The notes below the pieces were generated by a model that searched no databases, was not told where the DNA came from, and saw only the letters and a program-made list of their open reading frames with translations. 64,000 bases of DNA from Octopus bimaculoides (taxonomy: Eukaryota): the NCBI RefSeq assembly GCF_001194135.2, contig NC_068984.1, positions 93,203,372 through 93,267,371 on the forward strand, given 5' to 3'. Positions within the stretch are counted from its first letter, which is position 1; the number at the start of each line of letters is the position of its first letter. The position numbers were made by a program, and so were the translations under genes. Of the stretch, positions 58,001 to 64,000 are shown in pieces.

Positions 58001-58316
58001 ACAGTTCTCTTATTTGTTTTTGTTTGTTTGTTTGTTTTTTGTTTTCTTTTGCCTTGGATAAATAGCACTATAGCTATATAAAATGATGTAACAATTTGAT
58101 GTTGACCAAAAAATTATAGAGGAATTTTTTACTTTTGTCATTTTTATATTATAAAAAAATTCTAAAATATAACTCTTTCATTCTTATGTTATATAGTCAA
58201 ACCATCGATCAAAAGTAACTGAAAATGTTACTGTTCAAATTAACCCTCAACCTACAGATATCATAACCTCTGAAGATGGCTCTGACACTGTGATATCTCT
58301 TGGCACTGCAGACTAA
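1..58316 (+). CDS. DMTF1: Cyclin D-binding Myb-like transcription factor 1 orthologue, multi-exon gene; 5' end lies upstream of the window
   Basis: 14 exons splice into one open frame (1554 nt incl. stop). Peptides match human DMTF1 motifs: QAWFTT, EIIFEMSKDERKDFYRT, GLNRPLF.VYRRV.RMYD, LGRSASSVKD.CRLMKDTCN, VGTRSEKQCR.KWLNYLNWKQ, VRSPQWLR.KWW, IIVHAL, NVTVQ. Confidence 0.96.
268..1075 (+). mobile_element. RTE-clade LINE, 3' fragment
   Basis: WPCSICRKG...HRRCSG Cys-rich segment, then LREKLGIRGIKCGMQERRLRWFGHV...RPRNTWEEVV, the typical RTE C-terminus. Confidence 0.85.
1085..2130 (-). mobile_element. Ty3/Gypsy pol fragment (RNase H then integrase), decayed
   Basis: TIKTDASDLALGGMLSQ.RPLAFYSRT (RNase H) upstream of PWERLSIDYVSPL...LLVIVNEYSRYPFAYPC (integrase), Gypsy domain order. 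No LTRs seen. Confidence 0.85.
2380..2880 (-). mobile_element. Penelope-like element fragment (linker + GIY-YIG endonuclease)
   Basis: Minus-strand frame reads LLNNNYP...LSYVKGLSKKIQKICGPY...MYSIPCSCGRLYKGET...EHCKA...KSCIADHVWKNGDH, a Penelope/Poseidon-type C-terminus. Confidence 0.85.
2895..2940 (+). ncRNA. Minimal type I hammerhead ribozyme motif in a repeat tail (repeat ~2886-2984)
   Basis: GACAC-CTGATGA-A-GGCTG(10 nt loop)CAGCT-GAAAC-GTT-GTGTT. Stem I GACAC/GTGTT, stem II GGCTG/CAGCT, palindromic ACGU stem III, GUU cleavage triplet. Confidence 0.8.
3512..3619 (+). CDS. DMTF1: DMTF1 coding exon (ALGVGILEEDTPTEPGSKRIRLSGEDGQTFIFTIS)
   Basis: tttcag acceptor, G|GTAAGT donor, phase 1-1. 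TEPGSKRIRLSGED resembles human IEPPHKRLCLSSED. Confidence 0.85.
3775..4680. mobile_element. Rearranged mariner derivative with two facing 5' ends
   Basis: Both ends carry the same TIR, 5'UTR and transposase start (MTE.VEQRICIK-like). Minus strand continues to GYGSILSIIAEDLGMRFGPAKFVPKLLSADQK. Confidence 0.8.
5130..9640 (+). mobile_element. Neptune-like Penelope element cluster: GIY-YIG, RT-linker-GIY-YIG, tandem partial copy
   Basis: GIY-YIG at ~5255-5600; RT LYRDDAL...VNFLDTTLN...SNHP at 5760-6120; WLNIPFN...KKFMDILQKNFPSSH linker; CNCR...VYKC...YLGCT...IWELK...CELCSME at 7230-7650; second copy 8245-9620. Confidence 0.88.
9812..9861 (+). CDS. DMTF1: DMTF1 coding exon (EPNSSAPVDQKAAEITM)
   Basis: Pyrimidine tract + aag acceptor, ATG|GTTCGT donor, phase 1-0 fits both neighbours. 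AEITM resembles human FEVTM. Confidence 0.7.
11328..12317 (-). repeat. Tandem copies of a young RTE 3'UTR segment with internal ~55-nt duplications
   Basis: Two ~500 bp similar units between N gaps. The same sequence continues directly from an RTE ORF end at 31515-31900. Confidence 0.75.
13400..13676 (+). repeat. Interspersed repeat with RTE-type (GAT)n tail; second copy at ~43130-43378
   Basis: Shared catcaccatcatacaagc...cttggaaacagg...ggaagggc...caacaaattccat...catgcaagcatggaaaa...gatgatg in both copies. Confidence 0.6.
13840..14480 (+). mobile_element. Decayed RTE 3' fragment
   Basis: Aligns by eye to the 268-1075 and 17580-18350 RTE segments, with many indels. Confidence 0.7.
15455..18590 (+). 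mobile_element. Near full-length decayed RTE LINE (APE endonuclease + RT + 3'UTR)
   Basis: LRVGTPNVG...VDVCCIQEVRW and SQIDYIL (APE); LAFVDMEK.FD, HQGS, LYADD (RT); LYDACV...LHGSETW; tail cgttaaacgatgatgac. Multiple stops and frameshifts. Confidence 0.92.
18699..18819 (+). CDS. DMTF1: DMTF1 coding exon (TNSASGQ...IVTQAWFTTRDEKNALQNK)
   Basis: Strong pyrimidine tract + cag, G|GTATAT donor, phase 0-1. Matches human VSQAWFTTKEDKDSLTNKG. Confidence 0.93.
19290..19800 (+). mobile_element. pogo/Tigger transposase N-terminal fragment
   Basis: GWLHKFKWRNGI, the CENP-B-type HTH motif. Frameshifted. Confidence 0.6.
19921..22948 (-). mobile_element. Internally deleted piggyBac element with both TIRs and TTAA target site
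   Basis: TTAA|CCCTTTAG at 19921 and CTAAAGGG|TTAA at 22948. Minus strand has an acidic N-terminus, IKQLPQLLNYWNPD...GDPYIS, YDHLKFWVDIASQL and a Cys-rich end (PGBD4-like). Confidence 0.8.
20672..20880 (+). mobile_element. RTE-type RT fragment nested in the piggyBac
   Basis: DFSDDIALLS...MQNKTSKL...LKVNCDKSKIM...LEDVAEFTY (RT motifs 5-7). Confidence 0.7.
23090..24000 (+). mobile_element. pogo/Tigger-type MITE remnant (ending ggattactgTA at ~23300) followed by DDE C-terminal fragments
   Basis: gtgaaccacgatatggcaagggattactgta TIR-like end; LKDMIWSLASAWNKV peptide. Highly decayed. Confidence 0.5.
25024..25100 (+). CDS. DMTF1: DMTF1 coding exon (GHSWVQGQWTKDEIELLQANINSYCK)
   Basis: tttag acceptor, AAA|GTAAGT donor, phase 1-0. 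Matches human GHKWKQGMWSKEEIDIL. Confidence 0.95.
25466..25687. mobile_element. piggyBac-derived MITE, family A
   Basis: TTAA|CCCTTTAG...CTAAAAGG|TTAT; ends shared with the 19921-22948 element. Confidence 0.82.
26749..26939 (+). CDS. DMTF1: DMTF1 coding exon (DNNISNPTEIIFEMSKDERKDFYRT...GKYSQDEMIKLRE)
   Basis: cccag acceptor, GA|GTTAGT donor, phase 0-2. Near-identical to the human cyclin-D-binding/first Myb region. Confidence 0.97.
27180..27880 (+). repeat. CA-rich degenerate minisatellite with recurring CAGTCTCATACAGTTA-like core
   Basis: Core variants recur about 8 times, separated by (CA)n/CACAT spacers. Confidence 0.8.
28248..28357 (+). CDS. DMTF1: DMTF1 coding exon, Myb repeat (LRLKHGTDWAAIGAVLGRSASSVKDKCRLMKDTCNS)
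   Basis: gttag acceptor, CAG|GTACGG donor, phase 2-1, Myb repeat match. Confidence 0.97.
28545..28613 (+). CDS. DMTF1: DMTF1 coding exon (GKWLPEEEQRLTDAVCELSGAQP)
   Basis: gtcag acceptor, CAG|GTATTT donor, phase 1-1. Matches human GKWTEEEEKRLAEVVHELT. Confidence 0.95.
30040..30420 (-). mobile_element. Decayed RTE 3' fragment
   Basis: Reverse complement of the RTE C-terminal segment (LGIRGIRC...W.GHM). Confidence 0.7.
30543..30770 (+). mobile_element. tRNA-derived SINE with central GCCTTTCATCCTTTC...GATAAA.TAAGTACC domain
   Basis: A-box-like TGGTAGAATC, B box GAGTTCAAATTC. Related copies at 39880-40067, 59196-59392 and a minus fragment at 5160-5228. Confidence 0.75.
31515..32525 (-). mobile_element. 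Young RTE 3' fragment with 3'UTR
   Basis: LEVVDSFRYLGDQISSGGG...LYDACVRTAMLHGSETWAV on the minus strand, followed by the 3'UTR seen at 11328-12317. Confidence 0.9.
32526..32731 (-). repeat. RTE terminal 3'UTR with (GAT)n tail; same at 35278-35450
   Basis: catcatcatcgtttaacgtccgctttccat.ctagcatgggttggacg... is nearly identical in both copies. Confidence 0.8.
33838..34085 (+). repeat. 3' half of an interspersed SINE-like repeat following a (TA)/(TG) microsatellite
   Basis: gtgtttgtcccccc...gataGAATAAGTACt...tggggtcgat resembles the SINE central-domain tail at 59310-59360. Confidence 0.55.
34130..34715 (-). mobile_element. piggyBac transposase catalytic/C-terminal fragment
   Basis: DYNRYMDGVDWLNQMMSYY...NKWWRYL...NVFILY...CDHLQF (PGBD-type YN..M.GVD motif). 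Confidence 0.85.
34716..36740 (+). mobile_element. Tx1/L1-clade LINE RT and C-terminal fragments
   Basis: FRPIMLLSADF, GALVNLDQSKAFNRVDHQY, FHLKEKLRIEREVL. Interrupted by an RTE tail at 35278-35450. Confidence 0.8.
36955..37072 (+). repeat. Compound trinucleotide microsatellite (TAT)(CAT)(CAC)(TAC)(AAC)
   Basis: Directly visible stepwise change of the repeat unit. Confidence 0.95.
37170..38960 (+). mobile_element. Decayed RTE LINE, RT to 3' end
   Basis: RQLQEKYLAKSKQLYLAFIDLEKVFDKVP, HQGSVLSPFLF, LFYADDL, RTE C-terminus. Confidence 0.88.
40068..40298. mobile_element. piggyBac MITE family A inserted into a SINE
   Basis: TTAA|CCCTTTAG start, GCTAAAGGATTA end. The SINE at 39880-40067 resumes after 40298. 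Confidence 0.78.
40408..40567 (+). CDS. DMTF1: DMTF1 coding exon, Myb repeat (GENITHGLSWAAVSERVGTRSEKQCRTKWLNYLNWKQQGGAEWTRLDDINLILK)
   Basis: aag acceptor, AA|GTAAGT donor, phase 1-2, strong match to human. Confidence 0.97.
41037..41105 (+). CDS. DMTF1: DMTF1 coding exon (MSSSSVTDETQIDWNELAKDWPS)
   Basis: tacag acceptor, AG|GTAATT donor, phase 2-2. Matches human DENDINWDLLAEGWSS. Confidence 0.93.
41395..41477 (+). CDS. DMTF1: DMTF1 coding exon (VRSPQWLRGKWWSLKRHVPDYQVLSFS)
   Basis: cttag acceptor, G|GTAATT donor, phase 2-1. Matches human VRSPQWLRSKWWTIKR. Confidence 0.96.
41920..42700 (+). mobile_element. Decayed RTE 3' fragment
   Basis: Same Cys-rich segment and LREKLGI...CSVQE C-terminus. 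Confidence 0.7.
43471..44795 (-). mobile_element. Full-length-sized mariner (Tc1/mariner D34D) with TIRs and TA target duplication; gap inside
   Basis: TA|TCAGGTCATCCCATAAGTTCTGTC at both ends (inverted). Transposase shows HLRHIMLYEYKKG...WFAKFRSGDFSLED, GKWVSHEL, FHQDN, HPPYSPNLAPSDYHLF. Confidence 0.95.
45150..47230 (+). mobile_element. Helitron Rep remnant
   Basis: 23-codon N-terminal repeats (AQNxEQHR...), EVAVLIPDNG, YDPY, YQDMMAII, F.CN.KW.EI, IFGKL...TIEFQKR (Rep motif). Heavily frameshifted. Confidence 0.75.
47330..49690 (-). mobile_element. HERO-like non-LTR retrotransposon (RT + zinc knuckle + restriction-like endonuclease), decayed
   Basis: GIKMGCAIFP, LKAFMD, RFKPKKS.LSL.KGK, EPVKSL.RWYD, HILSCC.VAL.GR.KW, PD...LIELTGPFE, CSSWIWLRRN. 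Confidence 0.78.
49708..49767. mobile_element. Partial piggyBac MITE family A end
   Basis: catgattaattcaaaacaatgtgaataa...gaatgctaaaggg|TTAA. Confidence 0.65.
49990..50400 (+). mobile_element. Probable continuation of the Helitron after the HERO insertion
   Basis: NQLRNLFVICKFMFCN resembles the Helitron post-Rep QLR.LF..IL.FC motif. Confidence 0.5.
51253..51405 (+). CDS. DMTF1: DMTF1 coding exon (ALVNYLKVTHLNVQLKNP...ISVPVQAA)
   Basis: tgcag acceptor, CAG|GTAAAT donor, phase 1-1. LRLAKV and ISVPVQ resemble human IRVARL and LQIPVQ. Confidence 0.85.
51985..52204. mobile_element. piggyBac-type MITE, family B
   Basis: TTAA|CCCTTTCATTAC ... GTAACAAAAGGG|TTAA; 212 bp between intact TTAA sites. 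Confidence 0.85.
53400..54200 (-). mobile_element. piggyBac transposase N-terminal half, decayed
   Basis: Acidic N-terminus, RKLPRNTNYWNSDEPFGDQYVSSIMTRTRFLKLSQYL, KPTQWGIKVW. Confidence 0.8.
57136..57326 (+). CDS. DMTF1: DMTF1 coding exon (ATQVDSSEVTSDGAMQTYEVL...NIIVHALPVSQ), GC donor
   Basis: tctag acceptor. MQTYEVL and IIVHAL match human LQTFEIL and IIVHAL. Donor CAG|GCAGGT gives the phase 0 needed by the next exon. Confidence 0.88.
58197..58316 (+). CDS. DMTF1: DMTF1 last coding exon (SNHRSKVTENVTVQINPQPTDIITSEDGSDTVISLGTAD*); exon probably extends to donor after 58359
   Basis: atatag acceptor; ENVTVQ matches human DNVTVQ; TAA at 58314-58316; CAG|GTGAAT donor at 58360. Confidence 0.82.
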   Translation, partial: SNHRSKVTENVTVQINPQPTDIITSEDGSDTVISLGTAD

Positions 58317-58414
58317 GTCTAAAGTTAAAATATCTTGGAGATATTCTCAGCTGAGACAGGTGAATTTACTTAAATTACTAAAACCACACTCATCATCATC
58401 CTTTTATGTCCACT

Positions 58415-58660
58415 TTCTAGCAAATCCATTTAGATTACTCTCAAATGTAATACCTTTTATTCTCATTGTTTTGAATTAGTCATGCATTATCTCATAATCA
58501 TGCATTACCTCATAACTTTCAGATTTTAATGATGTAATTGTTTTTTTTTTCTAAGGGTGACATTTAATGTTGGTATGAGAGGTCAGATCTGGCCAGTTTG
58601 AATATAAAGCAGGTAGAATATTTTGGTCGGATATGACCAGTTTAAATGCTAAAGGTTTAA
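58415..58660. mobile_element. Decayed piggyBac MITE family A, opposite orientation to the 25466 and 40068 copies
   Basis: tcaaatgtaat...ttgaattagtcatgcattat...aatgctaaaggtttaa. Confidence 0.7.
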
Positions 58661-59195
58661 AGTAAATGAAGAAATATCAGCTGGTAAAATTTGCACAATA
58701 AAAGACAATATAGTGATCTAGAGACAAAAAGCGAACATTTAAAAAAATATTCTTCATAACTACTGAGTGCATGATAAGCTTCGTTTTTTTTTATCTTTTA
58801 TCATATAACATTTCTCAAAGGGAAAATACATGTGTATTTCTCAAATATCTGTTTGTTTTATCTACAAAAATATTTTTGTCTCTGGTTGGAAAAAAAATCA
58901 GAATTTATTTATATCTAAAGAGCGTGAATTGGAAAGTTTGTGAACTCACATTTTAGAGAAGCATCCAACTAGAGCTATGAAAATGCTTAAAATTGTGCAG
59001 TTTTCTACCATGTACACATGATGCTGCATTTTGAACTGTGACAAAGTTGCAGGCACTGAAACATGGAGGTTTAAAAATGGCATATGATCAAACATTCCAC
59101 CAAATACTCAAGAATTGTGTTCTTCATTTAAATTTCATGTGTCTTTCTATATAGATTTCGCATTATTTATTTGGCTTAGGTGAGCCAAATAAACA

Positions 59196-59392
59196 AAGGC
59201 GGTGAACTGGCAGAAACATTAGCATGCCTGGCGAAATGCTTAGTGGTATTTCATGTCTTTACATTCTGAGTTCAAATTCTGCCGAGGTCTACTTTGCCTT
59301 TCATCCTTTCAGGGGTTGATAAATTAAGTACCAGTTGCACACTGGGGTCGATCTAATCAACTGGCCCCCTCCCCCCAAAATTTAGGGCCTTG
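59196..59392 (+). mobile_element. tRNA-derived SINE (central-domain type)
   Basis: ggcggtgaacTGGCAGAAAC (A box-like), GAGTTCAAATTC (B box), gcctttcatcctttcaggggttgataaattaagtacc. Confidence 0.8.
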
Positions 59393-60622
59393 ATTATTTA
59401 TTTGGCTTAGCTAACAAACCCTAATATGTGACAAGAAATTTTGTTTTTTAAAACTGTCAATAATGTGACAATTTTGGGAAAGCTCTCTAGAATACTCTGC
59501 TCTAACAAGAAAGAGTTTGTCCTCTTTAAGATTGGTTAATTTGTGTGATCATTATTTGCTGAAATACTAAGGAATTAATAAATTATTTTCAAATTTAAGC
59601 AAAAAATTGTTGAGTTGGACAAATGTTCAGCTACTAGCATTTGATAATTTAATGAATGCTCTTGCTGAGAATCTTATCACATATATTTTTGTCTGATAAA
59701 GATGTTTCTGCAGATGCTAGTGAGCAATCTATATCAAACATTCTGTCACAAGACAGCCACCCAGTGTTGTATATATTAACAAAGTTAACCACTGCTAAAT
59801 CTAATCATTTAATATCACAAATGAATTTTTAGCACTTATATGGGCTACAAACACTACCCGCCATTTTTCATTTAGAAGGAAGCTCTTACTCAGACCTGCT
59901 CATCATCCTCTGGAATCCATTTTTAATCTATGCAAAGAACTTCAAAATGTTATGCTTTTATGAATACTGAAGTCGACCATACAGCTGACAACATTTGATT
60001 TTGATATTTCATATTGTTGATGCATTCTCTTGATTAAATTTTTAAAACTACAATTTCAGTGAATGATGATGAAAATTTTATTCACTGGATAGAAACTGAT
60101 ATATTATATCTTCATAGCTTAATTTTGAAAACAATATTGAGCAAAATTGTTTGCCGGAATCAAATAAATATCTGGACTAACATGTTAAACATTGATTAAC
60201 ACTCAGAAACACTATACTGCTGTAATTTTTTATCATGCTTTCAGTTTTCAGGAGATAAGTCATAAAAAGAGTCCACAAGTGATGAAAACTTCATTAAAAG
60301 AAGGACTTGGTCCACATTTGGCATTAAGCATTTATGTTTCAGATATATGTGTATAGACTAAACTGACAGAAGATTAAGAATTAAATTAGGGGTAAGAATA
60401 AAATGTAAAAAAAAAATGCCTGAACTGAGACATGAGAAAAGTGAGAATGTTTACAACATGAGGAGTCTGATTGTACACCTATAAATGATGGTATTTCTAA
60501 GATGATGCTTTGTATTAGAATTTATACCCTTACTATACACCGTTACAATATCATTATATTCATTCATTGTTGAATCAATAACTTCAGTGATTCTATAACA
60601 TTTTTGGTTTACTTTTTCTCAG

Positions 60623-60726
60623 ATCTTCACTGTTAAAATCAACTTGGTTCTATTTCTCAAACTTTTTGTGGACTTCATCAAGAAGAGAAAGCTACTTCAG
60701 ACCAAAATCCAAACAAAAGCAGTTTT
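60623..60726 (+). other. DMTF1: Probable DMTF1 3'UTR (or alternative terminal) exon
   Basis: tttttggtttactttttctcag acceptor and TTT|GTAAGT donor bound a 104-nt non-repeat segment. No homology evidence. Confidence 0.5.
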
Positions 60727-61029
60727 GTAAGTAAATTGTCATTATTGAACTATTCTGTAGAGTTGTTTAGAAAAGGCATCAGGAAGATTTGATTATGTAA
60801 ATAAATTATTTATCAAGATAACATTTCAGATTCAACTTTATGATTATAGCATAATAGATAAACTAAAAACGATAGCAATTATGCTATGCTTTTACTGTAG
60901 TATGTGAGTATGTGAAATCAGATTTTTTTCTTTAAATGTAAAGAAATGTTGACCTTTCACTGAATTTCACAAAGAAATTCACCTAGTTTGCAGCTACAAA
61001 ACTCTTTTCATACTTCATTTGAAAAACAT

Positions 61030-61032
<3 letters not shown>

Positions 61033-61115
<83 letters not shown>
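61033..61115 (+). repeat. (GT)n microsatellite
   Basis: Directly visible run of ~40 units. Confidence 0.97.
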
Positions 61116-61554
61116 ATGCATGTGTGTGTGTTGTGTGCATGCGTGCACACACTTGCACAGATAGATGCAGCATCTCACATAGGTAAACATAAGCATGGAT
61201 TTAGGCACATGCATATTCACATACATAAACTCACTCTCTCTATACATATTTCTCTCTAACATTCTCTTTCTTTCCTTTTTTTTCCAGCTGAGGTACCGTG
61301 TATCTCCTCTACAGCAAAACCTATTTTTATCCCTCTTTTATACTTTTTAACCTCTCATCAACTGACACAAAGCCACCACCCTCAATACTGCTCTCTTCAG
61401 TTGAGGGGTTTTTGTTTTATAAGTTACTTGATGACCCTGCTGATACTGGTACCACAAAAAGGGAACCAGTACACTCTGTAAAGTGGTTAGCATCAGGAAG
61501 AGCATCTAGTCTTAAAAACCATGCTAACCAGCTCAAGGCTACCATAAACGCCTA

Positions 61555-62420
61555 CTTGACAAACATCTGTGAAGAGAGAGGACATGTGAACAAGATTAAG
61601 TGCAACTTCATCACAAGAAACAGAGTACTCCCCACCTTCTATTACCTCATAAAACTACATAAACCAAAATTAAACCTTTTGTCTCTAGTATTAAAAGACT
61701 CTTCTTTCAAATACCTTGGTTTTAATCTAAAATTCTCAAACCACTACTTCAAACCTTTCCAGGACATGTTGAATGCTCCACCAAAGTCATCAACAAACTA
61801 TGATGTCTCAACTCATCCATGCTTAGGAAAAAGTAACTACCATTTTAGCTAAAAACATTTCCTATACAACACTCCCCTTGCAACCCCAGCTATCAACTTA
61901 CTAATTGAACATATTACTTCCTCTCATAGCCTTAACTGCATTGGGCACACAGCTCCAGATATCCATAAACTGTTAACTACTGTAATGGAGACCACCTTCC
62001 ATTCTGAGGGTTCCATTTGCAAACAAATCTCTGGATTACTGTCAGGCATACTGACCATCATATACAGGGACCAGTTACAACACAGGACACTCCTTTGCTT
62101 TTTCTACCAAGTATGTGGATGACATCCTCATATTAACATCATCTCACAAGCAGGTTATTAAAATATACAATATCTTCAACAATATTGATGAACATATAAA
62201 ATCAAAAGTAGAGCACCCCAATAACACCAGTTCATTACATCTGCTTGATTTCAAACTCAAAATCTCAGAGAACAGATTCATCTCCACTAACTTTTACAGA
62301 GAAGCAGCATACAGGAGCCCATTTGTTCATCATAATTCATCCCTGCCCATCAGAACAAAGATGGCCTACATCAGAAATGAGATTTACACAATATGCAGTA
62401 AATGCAGCAAGACAGGAATG
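61555..62420 (+). mobile_element. Penelope-like RT fragment
   Basis: TFYYLIKLHKP, YVDDILIL...IFNNIDEHIK...LHLLDF...TNFYR...FVHHNSSLP...KMAYIRNE (PLE RT/thumb). Confidence 0.82.
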
Positions 62421-62907
62421 AAAATGTTGTTGTGTAGCAATTTATCATATAAATCATTATTAACTTCATACAGGTTATTAGTCTTACTGAAAAATACAAA
62501 TTTGTTTTTGGAATTTCTAATATCAGATTTTAGTTTAGCTTAAAAATGGTTATAGTACTTACAAAATCTTATATTAGTTACTAAATCAAGGAGGTATGCC
62601 TCAAAAGGAACTAAATCTTTTATCTTGGGTGGATATTTATGTGTCCTTAAATCATAATGTTCTGTGAAAGTAGATGTTAATGTAGCATCAAAAAAATAAA
62701 GCCTTCCATCTCATAAGGTCTTCTACTTTCCCTAGAAGCATCCTAAGATATGAACTATTCATTGCTGTAGGTATATTTTTTACAGAGTAATCCATGTAAT
62801 ATAAATCCATAATAGTGTGTATAAATTTTTTTAGAATCCTTATAGTCACTCAACTTTTACATAGTTATATGCCAAACAATGTGGAAATTGAATTTGCAGT
62901 AATAACA

Positions 62908-63057
62908 TACAATTTTTACATTATTTACATTTGACGGATATTTGTCCTCATTTTCTTTGTTGTTAACACAATGTTTCGGCTGATATACCCTCCAGCCTTC
63001 ATCAGGTGTCTTGGGGAAATTTCAAGCCTGGGTTCTCATTCCTAAGGTATTTTTCGA

Positions 63058-63089
<32 letters not shown>

Positions 63090-63164
63090 TCACTGCCTGG
63101 AATCGAACTCGGAATCTAGGAGTTAGTAGCCCACACTCTTAACCACTACACCATATGCCCGTGG
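62908..63164 (-). mobile_element. tRNA-headed, hammerhead-tailed SINE-like element, left arm of palindrome
   Basis: Minus strand: TGGTGTAGTGG (A box), GAGTTCGATTCC (B box), (AAT)n, tail with GACAC-CTGATGA-A-GGCTG...CAGCC-GAAACATT-GTGTT. Confidence 0.82.
62965..63010 (-). ncRNA. Minimal hammerhead motif, variant with GAAACAUU
   Basis: Perfect stem II GGCTG/CAGCC and stem I GACAC/GTGTT, but ACGU palindrome changed to ACAU. Confidence 0.65.
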
Positions 63165-63240
63165 CCCACGGACATATGGCATAGTGGTTAAGAGTGTGGG
63201 CTACTAACCCCAAGATTCTGAGTTCAATTCCAGGCAGTGA

Positions 63241-63288
<48 letters not shown>

Positions 63289-63490
63289 TAATAATAACAA
63301 CAACAACACCATCGAAAAATACCTTAGGAATGAGAAACCAGGTTCAAAATTTCCCCAAGACACCTGATGAAGGCTGGAGGTCATATCAACCGAAACATTG
63401 TGTTAACAACAAACAAGATGAGGATAAATATCCATCAAATGTAAATAATGTAAAAATTGTACATAATTCCTCATCTCTTAAACATAGAAC
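63165..63490 (+). mobile_element. tRNA-headed, hammerhead-tailed SINE-like element, right arm of palindrome
   Basis: TGGCATAGTGG (A box), GAGTTCAATTCC (B box), (AAT)n(AAC)n, tail with GACAC-CTGATGA-A-GGCTG...CAACC-GAAACATT-GTGTT. Confidence 0.82.
63359..63404 (+). ncRNA. Minimal hammerhead motif, variant with GAAACAUU and a stem II mismatch
   Basis: CTGATGA at 63364-63370, GAAAC at 63392-63396, stem I GACAC/GTGTT. Confidence 0.6.
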
Positions 63491-64000
63491 AGAAGACAAC
63501 ATATTTGGAGGTATATAGTTTATACAAAAAGTACTTCATCCAGTGAGAGATAAATATCAATTTAATACATATACTGAAAGTGCTACTAATAGTTTCACGC
63601 TTTTATAATACTTTAACTAGGCATATTTATAAAATACACCATGTATCTCCAAGCAATCTTTCAGGCTCTGTTTATGTGTTAAATATATTTTAAAAACAAG
63701 GATGCTGGACAAAAAAAAACCTTCCCATAAAAACCTAATTACCACCCTACTCAAACTAACACAGTTAAAGGTGATTTCAACTGAACAGAAACTATATAAA
63801 GGTAAGACTAACTTTAATGCACTGCAATCTGATGATGGCTTCCCTGGGCAAAACCTTGAAATCACTGTCAGCAACATTCTTGTATAAGAATAATAAATTT
63901 GTACTCTACAAAAGTATAGAGTAACCCATCAGATTAATGTAAAATTATTTTTACTATAAATGAACATAAAAACAAACATTAATATATATATATATATATA

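Noticed and set aside
61288-61292. 5-nt micro-exon (ccag|CTGAG|gtaccg)
   Set aside because: Lies at the edge of an interspersed CT-rich repeat also seen inverted near 52750-52940; no frame or homology support.
63168-63243. Functional tRNA gene
   Set aside because: The acceptor and anticodon stems do not pair properly, and the sequence continues into a repeat tail; it is a SINE head.
1-64000. CRISPR array, rRNA or bacterial operon
   Set aside because: No regularly spaced repeat-spacer units or rRNA-like sequence; the window is a spliced eukaryotic locus.

Overview
AT-rich animal genomic DNA with N gaps; the repeat landscape points to a coleoid cephalopod, probably Octopus (inference). The window is almost entirely one + strand gene, the DMTF1/DMP1 (cyclin D-binding Myb-like transcription factor 1) orthologue. 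I reconstructed 14 phase-compatible coding exons (1-52 partial through stop at 58314-58316; 517 codons in window), one junction requiring a GC-AG intron, plus a probable 3'UTR exon. The introns are packed with decayed mobile elements: RTE, Tx1, HERO-like RLE and Penelope-like retroelements, Gypsy, mariner, pogo, piggyBac with MITEs, Helitron and SINEs. The most notable non-gene feature is a tRNA-headed SINE-like element whose tail carries a minimal type I hammerhead ribozyme. It occurs as a ~550 bp head-to-head palindrome (62908-63461) and as a catalytically complete-looking solo tail (2895-2940) abutting an antisense Penelope ORF. No prokaryotic features or CRISPR arrays are supported. All family assignments come from motif recognition by eye, not database searches; repeat boundaries are approximate.
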